Shown one piece after another: positions 49,969 through 60,743 of a stretch of DNA of 64,000 nucleotides; within the stretch, counting starts at the first letter, position 1, and every line of letters begins with the position of its first letter. This stretch comes from Auanema rhodensis (lineage: Eukaryota; Animalia; Nematoda): contig OZ059898.1 in assembly GCA_964057225.1 (NCBI GenBank), forward strand, positions 12,152,001-12,216,000, written 5' to 3'. The notes beneath the pieces are model-generated. The model saw only the letters and a list, made by a program, of their open reading frames with translations, was not told the DNA's origin and did no database searches. The position numbers and the translations under genes are program-made.

Positions 49969-52900
49969 TCAATTGCGGGAATGATCAATTAAAGTATGTG
50001 AGTAAGTGCCAGGTTGGAACACCATTTCCAGCTGGTCAGATTCAACCTTACGTCCACCATATCTGTTTTTCAAAATCTAAAAAAAATATATAGGAGTCAG
50101 AATATTATGAAACTGCTTACATAAAGGAATTTACGGAATTTTGCCCGATCCTTATCATCTCTACGTCTTTGGATAGCCAATACATTGTCTGCTTCCTGTG
50201 TTACTCTAGCCGATCCACCAAAGTGTTGGATATCCAAGTCTGTGTCAGACTGCAAAATAGTATGTATATGTTAAAGGTAAATAGCAGGATACATCTGTCT
50301 TTCTAGGATGAACCACCATTGTTACATGAACTTGATGTTCACTAGCCATCTTCCGCATCAAACCAACAAATCGATCCTTAACACATATCAATTCGAGACG
50401 AAAATAAAATGTGAATGCTTTACTTGATGATGGAATTTCTCAAATCCACTTGAACTATCGTCAGCCATTGTGGTCTGGTTAACTAAGAATTGTAGATTAT
50501 CAATAACAACATGTTGACAACCATTATTAATAACGTGTTGACTTATAGCCTGGAGTTAGACTAAGGTTAGAAGACCAGTGAATTACTACAAACCTTTGCT
50601 ATGTCAGTAATATTTTTGTTCATAAGAAACTCATCAGTTTTCAAAATTGTTAATGGTCCCTTTGTTCGCTCAAATTTATCCAGCCAACTGTCGATAGCAC
50701 TGCTATACTCCACTCGGTACAAAGGCAGTCTATAAAACGACAGTTAGAGGTGCAATACGATGCGCTTGCAACATTCAGATCGTGAAAATGCTGGACCAAC
50801 AATATTAAAAGCAGTATTTGAGACAACAATATATCTAACATAAATTCACATCATGTTGTTCAGTTTCGAATTTTTTCACGAGTAAGCGCTTTATACGTAG
50901 AGGAAGCAACTTCATTTTTTTAAAGATTACGGTACATTGGCGCTTATTTTGTGGAAAAACACGATCTGAAGCCCATCCTTGAGCTAAGAAACTTTTATAC
51001 TTAGAAATCTAACATGCACAAGTACCGTAATCTAAAACCAAAAAGGCACAAAACATATATGGCTGCTTACTTTATCCCGTTTCTAAACGTCAATGTGCGC
51101 GCGAGGCTACGTAGATGTGACGGACTGCAGAATTAAAAGAGATATTAACTCATTTTTCTATTCCAACAAATCAAAAAGCCCAGCAATAACAAAAAAAAAT
51201 ATTAACTTACGCTGCATATTGGACTAACATCCATTTGAGAATCTTCTCTTCTGGCATTTCAAAACTACAGAACAGAGTTCGTACCTAAACACAAACAACG
51301 TAGTTGAGGTTAAATAGCGGAAAATCATACTCCTTGAGTAAAGAGATCCAGCGCATATTCGCATAAAAATGTGGTTTTTCCAAACCCAGTACCTCCTGTA
51401 AGAACCGTCAGCTCACCTGGACGGAAACCAAGAAGATATTTATTGAGAGCAGAAAACCGTTTCCACTACAATATTGCACATAATATTTAGAGACAAAGGC
51501 ACACAGTCAAACCTGAGCTAATCCGTGCTGACGACTAGTAGAGTGAATGAGATCTGCTTTTACTTCTTCTCGAATATCAGTCATGGAGCGGAAACCCTTG
51601 TCACGCATCCGCACCTACAATAAAATATTAAAAATTCTGAAATTTACAGCCACATACAGATCGGGAAGTTATAGCCTGCTTTACTTCTAAGTTCCGATTA
51701 TTACGAACCATTTCAATGGGTCTATCAGCAACTCTGAAGAAATATATTTAATGCTTATTGAACTAGATATAATTGTTTTCTCACTTCACAAGAAAACAAC
51801 GAGAAGCATTCAAGGCAGCTCCCCATTCCTTTGCATAATCCAAATGTCTGATAGGAAACCAAAGGTAAATTTGATCAAAGTCCTCTAAATAGGGAAAGAC
51901 AGAGCTGTCAACACGTTCTCCTTGAGGAAGAGCAAAAGCAAGAGCTCCATCAGTGGCTTCATAAATGGCCAGAGCATCACTGGAAGCAATAATTTCAAAA
52001 TATCAGTAATTTAATGAATTACCGTTCATTTGTTGTTAAAACTACCATTCTATCGGATGCTGTAACCATGTGATAACCGAAAATTCCACTGAACTTTGGC
52101 CTCGGTCTAAAAATATTGATGCACATTGATCGAGTAACATGAAAATATACAATGTTTCGTCGTGAAGAGGATAATTCTCTTTTTCCATCTTTGGCCCTAT
52201 TTTTCTAATTGCTTTCAATCCAGAAGGAATTCGAAGACGTGACGCAATCCCTCTATATCTGAAAGAAATCGCAGTTTTTAAAGGAACTTATTGGCTTCTA
52301 GTGAATTTAACGCTTCATAAAAAGAACCGGAAGCAAGACAGAATGTGGAGTCAAAGTGATCGATATATACCTTGAGCTACACGTGCAAGCAGTATAGGTG
52401 TTAGCCCAATGAAATGAAATTTGTGAGCCTTACCTGGGATATAGAACAGCAGGTTGATCGTAGCCATCAATATGGCCTCTAACATTATATCTCGATAATG
52501 TATCAATGGAAATTCTCTGAAACTCAAATTTAGACAACTATCACGTTTTCATCACCCACTTCGATCCCAAGCATGATCCTTAGTTGTAACATATCATTCA
52601 TTTCAAGTCCAATCATTTCCCCAATATCAACACTGTCATTCCACAGATATTTGACTTGGGGATCCGGCTGATAAGGAGCCGAGGACATGCCTCCTTCGTC
52701 AGATGACCCTCCTCCAAGAGCTCGAGGTGATGGGGCGTCCGAACTGGAAAATGAGATAAAAATGAGGTATTTTAACAGGGAAAAGAATATTTTTTGTTCT
52801 GAATTATTAGAATACGGATTTTAGGAGAGATTAAAAGGTAATATTCCTAGAAATAACTAATAAAATATATTCGTGTATATACAACAAGAGAGTTTTGAAA

Positions 52901-55900
52901 GAAATACACAGTGTTCTTTGTGAATGTTGACAAGCAGGCTTCATAATAACAATACAAGCACAATTCAGCCTGCCAAAGGAAGAAAATGCAAAGAACGGAA
53001 AGCGATTGCCGGATATGTGGCCAAAGAAATCTCAAAGAGGTATACGCCAGATTCTAAGTGAGAAAAAAAGAAAATCTCTCGTGATATTCTTGACTGGTAG
53101 TCTAAATTATTAAGCTCCGATCTATTTTCAGAACCTCGCAGCATAGAAGCCATCATCGAATGATCCGAGACTGCTATCTGTTACGGGATAGCAATCTCCT
53201 ATAGGTTGCTCGTCGTCTTCATCATGGAAGAGATTCAATTCATCGTCGGGAGTAGCTAAGTTATCGTCAAGAAATGCTTTGTCAGAATTGTCTCCGTCTT
53301 CTTCCTCTTCGACATCAGTAGTCGAGTCGTCAAAATCGACATTATACTTTTTTCGAATTTGACGAATGGGGTAATTACGAAAAACTATGTCAGAGTCGGA
53401 GTCCGAATCGAAAGGTACCTAAAAGATGTAATAGTTGTAAAGCATGAGAGCAAGAGAGAGCATGAATAACCTCTTCAGGTTCGGGTAAAATGAAGAAATC
53501 ATCTAAGTCTATCCATGTCACAGACTTCTCTTGCTTCGTTTTTTTACTTGCAGTAGGAAGTATCTTACTATAAGCTGCGGAAGGCTTAATTTATCAAAAA
53601 TAGAGTTACTTAAAGCCTTACCGTCGTGATCTGCTATGTCCGGATCATAATCCGAGCAGATCGAAGGCAAGATACCAATTTGATCTGCTGTATGGTGAGC
53701 AAAACTAGTTTTAGATCGGAAAGGAATTTTTGCAATACAGAGCAGAAAATAACAGACGAGTGCAGAATATTCAGCAGTCACTAAAAGGTCCAGTAGCTAG
53801 AAGGACCAGAAGCTATTTGCTGGAGTTACAGCCAAACAATTATAAAGCACGAAAGGCGTTGGTGTTCATATGAACACTAAATGAAAAAATCACGCCCTTG
53901 CCTCTCTTTTCTCTTGCTCTCTCCTTCGTCCTTCTATGCATGTCATGATGACTTGTGGCAACCCCAAGCGACAATTATTTCTGTTGTACCTCTCTATAGT
54001 GTATTGCACGCTGGGATTTGCACAACTCATAGATCAAGCTAACAGCTTGTTCCGCCTGGTTCGTCATCAGAAGGTATTTAAAGTCAGTGTCCACCTGCCC
54101 GATTGGCTTGAATTATATGATCTGGGTAAGATCATTCAAGTGCTACATTGAAAGACAGGAGGAAACATATATGTAAAAGTTTTTTCAGATTAGTTATATT
54201 CTATTTTAAGTCCTTCTTGAATAACAACATTGATTGAGACATTGAATTCAACAAAGAATAATGCGTAATGCATTAATATAGAAGTGCATTCCTGCAGAGT
54301 TGAGGATGGGGAAGCAATTTGAAAAAAATTTGCATTCTTCTGAACATAAACAGAGAGGTGGAAATCAAAATAAATTCGCAACCTCGATCAGCGAACTACT
54401 GTAGCGAGAAATCAGGTAATATTGTTTTTGTTGTTTTTTGGGTCATGTTTAGAAGTGGGTAGAACAACAAGCATCTCGCTTTTAGGTCTCTCCAAGAGTT
54501 TTCAATAGGGAGCAGCATGCTGCCTTACTCATGAAACGACACCCCATGGAGATACACCACCTACACCACAATAATTTATAAAGTCCCTTCAGGGTTTTCA
54601 TATAAAGTTAATATTGGATTCAAAAAAAAAGGAATGATTGAGACAAAACTTATAAATCTTCCTCAGATGCGGCTCTTGATGTAAAAGAACTTTTACCTAT
54701 CCGGACTATCAATTATTTGATGTCAAAAATTAATGAAACCGACAACAAAAAATCCACCGTAGTAAGATCCGTAAGGCTTTCTGATTTAAAGAAAAGGAGG
54801 AGCATATCAGGAAATCGGACACTTGCTTGATATGTAAAGTAAGGTTATATGCATATGAGTGTATATACGATTTTGAAAAGTAACTAGTAAATCACAGAAA
54901 GCCAAGAACATTGAATTTCTCGATTGGCCGGTCTTCAAAGAAGTAACCGGAAAGAATGAACTAAATAGAAATGAACAGATAACTTGTTGCTCACTTGAGT
55001 GCTGCAAGTATAGGATGGAAATAGCAGACGTTCTAGATTTTCTAGATAGGAAAAAAGCTTTTAATACTAGGTAGCCAAGACATTGGCATTACCTGCTTTG
55101 AGAAAGACAGACAGACAGAATCAAAAAGAGTGGGGCAGGACATATAGGTCCAGTTATACATATACGGCAGTAGAGCCTGAATACTTTCCGAAAGGAAACT
55201 AATCGAGCAAAAGAATACATGTTACTGAGAGTTTGTAGAAAGAAAAGGGCAAGAATAATCATGAATAAAGTTAAGGAAGTATACTCACAATGAAAAAGGT
55301 AAAACCTCAAATTTTGAGATTTATACAATTAAACTAGGAAATTAAAAATAATGAAATTAAAAAAACTTACTCATCTCGTACTCGCAAATGACGATCCTTT
55401 TTTTTGGAACTCATCTGATTGTACTTGGACATGAGATTCAGATAGCTGACGTTATCATATAAATCAGAATCAAACTGAAAATGTTAATAATTTCAAAACT
55501 TTCAGAACTGCTATTATGGATACGAACATCATCAGGACTCTCCATTCTTCGAAGTGTTTCTTCAATTTCCTTTTCTTCTTTTGTAGTTGTTTCGTCGTCC
55601 TTTGTTGTTTCAGTCTTTCGAACAGTTACGCGTTTCTATAAAATAAGTTCATAAACAGATTTTGTATAATTGGATTATTAGCAATATTTCAACAATTATT
55701 CTAAAGTTGTAGATAAATAGAAAAGTACTTGTTCAAACTTAGGATAAGCCATAAAGTTATTATAAGCTAGCGGAATTTAATAAATGTCAACCTAACTCTC
55801 TGTTAGGGAGTGAAGCCCAAAAGTCAGATATCTGACATAGCTGCCTATTTAAGGCTAGCATATTGAAAAGAAAATGAGCGAAATTGTTAAATTTAAGTTT

Positions 55901-58439
55901 AATATTAGATTTACCTTATCCTAATCAACGTTTTTTAATATGCAATAACTCGAAAAGAATGAATGGCCTACAGCATTGAATACTTGAAACCGTTCAATTT
56001 GTAGCAAGGATAGGGAAGCCAAAGGTTTGAGTACAATGAGGCTAAAGGTAGCAATACAGAGTAGGCTGGGCAAGACAAAGACTGAATATAAATCGTTTCC
56101 GATATGGCCTTTCCTCGTCCCCGGCTAATTTACTTGTAATAGATCTGAACCTTGATATTCTTAAAAATATACGAAATGCTGGCAACAAGATTATATAAGC
56201 TTTGCGAACATCATCGCGCACTTTAAAATTTAAATTACTTTCAAAGAAAAATGTTACTTAAATATCGAACTATACGAAATTGAACAATTATGAGTACGTT
56301 TTGAAATGCAACCGCATTGTGCATTTAGTCAAAGAAAAATGAAACGATTTTATGGAGTTACGTGAACCACGTGAACTAGAGGAAAGTTCAGACTTGGACT
56401 TCTAGTATAAGAAGAATCAAATCAACTTAAGAAACTCTGAGCAAAGTTAAAACATGGGTTAATAATAATTTTTTCGCTCAGCCAACCGAAAACAATTAGA
56501 ATCCCACATCTGCTATTGTTTCGATTATAATGATAGTTGCAGGAAGTATAAGCAACGAAGGAAGTAAAGTACAGAGTGCAAAGGTTTTCCCGGAAGACGC
56601 TAGCAATGGACGTGAAATTGTACAGTTGAAGAGCTTAACTTGATTCAATTTGAGCTTTGAACTAAACTACGCAAAGTTTACGGAGGAGAACAGATTGTTA
56701 CAATTGAGACAACTTGCATGACTGTACTATATCAAGGAAAACACAAATTGTAAAGCTTCTAGGAATATGCCAAAAGGTTGGAGATCTAACCTGACCACAT
56801 TGCCATTCCAGAACTTTGTCTAGACGATCGGTTTGAGGCTGAAGCTGCTCCCAAAATCGACGAGAAGCGAGATGGCGATCAACTTGAGCAGCATACATGG
56901 ATATGCCAGTTCAAGAAGAAACTGCCAAATTTCTTGATAGAAATTTCTTTTTATGAACCTGCTTTTAATCTCGCCAATATCCGGTTAGACTCTCAAATAA
57001 GTTTTATTCCTAAGTGTGGAGGTGTGCTAGTCGAACTTTCAAAAGCAATAGACCGGCAAAAGGTGTCAATCCCTTGTCGCAGGAAGCTAGCCTAATTAGC
57101 CGTGAAAATCTGCATGGTATTACTAAGTTGAAATAGAGTTGAACAATGAAAAAAGTCTAGCAATGGCAAGTAAAGAGGAAGGAAAAAAGAAAAAGGAATG
57201 TAAACAGCTGTAAACCTTCTCTGATCCATTTGTCGAACTAGAAGAATCAGTCGATTTTTTATTACTCATCTGATTTTCATCTGAAGAACCCTTCTCTTCA
57301 TATAAGTCATCAGCTTCTTTTTGACGATCATTAGAGCACTTTAAACAATCACGTTTCATAGCCTATCGTAAAAACTTTTGTAATATTTTCCGAAGCGAAA
57401 TTAACGAAATTAATGGACAGGTAAACGAGAGAAAAAAAACAATGAAATATATAGAAAAAAGTTATAAGCTCGTTTCAAGCTCGTTTATACTTAACATTAA
57501 AGCTATAAAAGATGGAAAAAGGGCTTAAGTAGGGGAACAAAGGACATCAGAAGGCGGGACAAGAAAAAATACTATTGAACTTTCTTTCTACGTCTGTGAG
57601 CAATATTACATTTCAAGTGGTTCTAATAGAAATGATATAAAATAGTATAGTCGCCGTCGAAGACAAAACATTTTGGTTCATAGAAGTTAGGGAAAGGTAA
57701 AGCTCATGTCATATGTCAACCAATATATGAGTGTAATTAGAGGCATTTATACTCCAAAAGCATTAATAATGAGGTACCCTTAGCTTATTGCAAAAAATAT
57801 AAATCACACATAGTCCCAGAGAGCTTTCCTTCAAAAATATTGACATCAAGATTATACCAATATGACTTATAAGCTTAGTGGTCATAATGAAGACAAATTG
57901 AAAAAAAGTTGACAGATTTTTCAGCTCAGCATTATAATTAATGAATAAGTTACTAACCTTATAATTAAGAAATGGTTGAGTAGCATCACATGATGTACAT
58001 GTCATTTGTCCATCAACCGTGGAAATCATATTGGATTGATTTGCACCACATTCCAAACAATCAGTTCGTATAAAACGACGATACTCCTGAAAAAATTGCA
58101 CATTAAAACCATAAAAACAGAAATTATTGAATTTTGAATTCTATTTTCATGTCTTGGTGTACCCGTTCAGATTAGAACATATCGATAAAGGAAATGAGTG
58201 GTAGGAATAAACTTATATAATAGTGCACCAACTTCTTCTAAAACTGATTCTTCTCTGGTTTCAGTTAACATAGATTTCCGTTCTAGATCTTTAGAAGGAG
58301 CTTGTAAAGCAGCTAAATCAACGTCTACATCATCTTCGTCGTCGGAACGTGGAACAGAAAACGAAATGGAAGAAGCATCAGAGAGGTGGCGAGAATACTG
58401 ATAATTCGAAGGCAGCCGACTGGTCTTCATTGGGGTCAT
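49969..58439 (-). CDS. twnk-1: Twinkle mitochondrial DNA helicase (SF4, T7 gp4-like); possible further exon 58651-58746
   Basis: [41 protein letters not shown] (Walker A), TLFCSFEM (H1a), [10 protein letters not shown] (Walker B), [20 protein letters not shown]; degenerate TOPRIM region; Zn-domain exon 57958-58086 (CLEC..CTSC) joined in phase via 57216-57362, 55528-55635, 55371-55474 to the exon starting at 52743. Helicase part secure, 5' joins inferred. Confidence 0.85.
53128..54560 (-). CDS. Six-exon coding chain nested on the same strand in Twinkle intron 52744-55370 (nested gene or alternative 3' end)
   Basis: Exons 54529-54560, 54383-54398, 53990-54106, 53622-53796, 53471-53574, 53128-53418 join in phase, 735 nt, with a single terminal TGA; acidic tail and KSVTW motif. 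The last two exons are strongest; the two tiny exons are weak. Confidence 0.6.
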
Positions 58440-60743
58440 CTAGCTCATTCGACGACGTGTCAACTAGTAGCCTATAGCAGTTGTCATAGCCAACTACGAC
58501 GGCAGGCTGCTGACACAAGCCTAAAATGAGAGCAAAAGGGCTTTCAAGCTCGGCCCAGGTAGTCGTGTGGAGTTGGTTTGTCACTCTATTCGTTTACTAG
58601 CGTCTCCAAATACACAGTGCTATCTAGTGTTCAACACTAGACTGACTTACAGACGATGTGAACGTCAACGACGACGATGCCAAGCGTAGAGAAGTCAAAA
58701 CACCAATACACAAACAGGGCTGCTGCTGTGTTGTATTGGCTGCCATATAAGAGCAATCATCGTCTGGAATGTAATGTGGTGGAATAAGAAGCCGGTACCT
58801 ACACCATTACCAAACACGATGGCACAATCGCTCAATATCCCACGAAAACAAAGCCGAACTAGTAAGCACAATTTCAATTGCATTAAATTGGATGCTCTTG
58901 AGTTATTTTAAACCCTTTATTTCGAGCTTTCCGAAAATTTGATCTTTCAAAGTAATGTTTCAACTCCTATAAGAAAAAGGCAAAGGCAAAATGAACACAA
59001 CTGATCAGTAAGCGCTACTCACATCCTGAACAGCAGGGTCTCAAAAATCTCGAGAAGTCAAATTATAGCGCAAGAATAGGTGGTTACAACTACTCAAAGA
59101 AACAAAAACCCAGTAGCACGTTAAGGGTTAGATGAAGACTACAACTCGCCTCAAAATGAACTTTTTTATTGCTCAGACCATCCCAGCTTTTAGACATCAT
59201 TTCAGAGGTTGATCCATCTATACTACTCCTACGAAGAATCAAACTCATGGTGTACCTAAACCTAAGCAAAAATTAAAACACAGAAGCCGTACAATGCACG
59301 TTAACTGATTAGCTAATCACTCAAGAAAGTCAGTTATACATTTTTAAAAGATCAATTAACTTCAAACAGAATCAATTATAAGAAGGCAAACCGCAAGGAC
59401 CGTTAAGGTATAAAAAATGGAAGAGAACCAAAATCCGTGCTTACTGGGTAATTATTGTTTGAAGGAAAGTCTTAAGGTAATAACATCCATGAATATTTCC
59501 GCATATGACAGAAATCTAATCCTTTTTGATGGCTTAGCAGAACTACATCTGCATATAGCTTCCAAAATATTATGTTGTACGATGAGCAAAACAGATCACT
59601 CAAATATCTCACTAAAGCTAAAGCAAAAAAAAGTAAAAACCTACGGTATCAGAAAATTTAATAGAATTTTCTTTCAGGTACTGTATTATATCTGTCCTGG
59701 TAGGAATCAACTGTTCTGCTTCAGCATCTACAATTATCCGTTCCAGAACTGTCATGCTTTCATCCATATCTCTTTTTTTTTCTAACTCCTAAAAAAACTG
59801 CTGTGCAAGCATTACAAATATTCAAATGTTACCACTTCTTCTAGGAAAGATGACAACCCTCTCGTGTTCATATACTGCAAACATCTTGGTTTCACATTTG
59901 AATTTAGCAACTAAAAAAGGGAAAAATAATTTATTGCGCATATGTAAGCTTCTAAGATCAACCGCTCATCAAAATCATTTAATCGTAAATAATTTGAGTT
60001 TTGTGGTTAGCTTTTCATGTTGTATCACCTCGTAATCTATTGTTCTATTAGATGTGTTAGGAACATTTCTTACAGCATAACAGAGTGCAAGTTTCAATCT
60101 TCTCATTGGCAGACCTATGCTAACACTAAGTTCTAAAATCCCAAACTGACATCAGTATCAATCGCAAAAAACAAATCACGAATTACAAGTACGAGTATCA
60201 CAGTTATTTATTAATCCGTTGTAATGATTTCTATCCGCATACAACTAAACACAAACTAAACGACGCGAAAACAGCAGCACCGTGAAGCAAGGCTCACAAA
60301 ATCAGTTTAACAAGCTGATTATTTGTGGTTTACCATGAAAATTCAAATATATCAACCAGTAAATAGAAAACAGTGATCTCAAAAGACCCAAAACATTAAA
60401 CTGTAACACAGGAAAAAGCAGAGAAGGTCGAGTTTGATACAAAGACTATATACTAAAAATATTAAAACTAATCTTTCTCCGTTTACAATTAAACATCTAG
60501 CTAAGAGATCTACATAAATATTCTTAAAAGGATAAAAATGTTAAGCAGATCTAGGGAAAACTCTAGATGAAAAATGAAACAATTTGAAGTGATCTCTGAT
60601 GGAATGGTTTGATGTAGCATAATAATGAAATCATAAATGTTCGGCAGAATATCCTGAGAAAACAATGCTATTTTTACCGGAGGTAGACTTTATATGATCG
60701 AAATGCTCTAACAGTTCACCGAGGACTCTGTATGGATTCGCAG

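Noticed and set aside
58440-58496. Genome-wide reassignment of TAG to a sense codon
   Set aside because: TAG is the ordinary terminator of the ADAM-like, GST-b, NHR and TSC1-like genes in this window.
60655-60743. Extra coding exon after the TSC1-like stop
   Set aside because: Splice-like sites exist downstream of the TAG, but the frame terminates at 60744; at most a 3' UTR intron.
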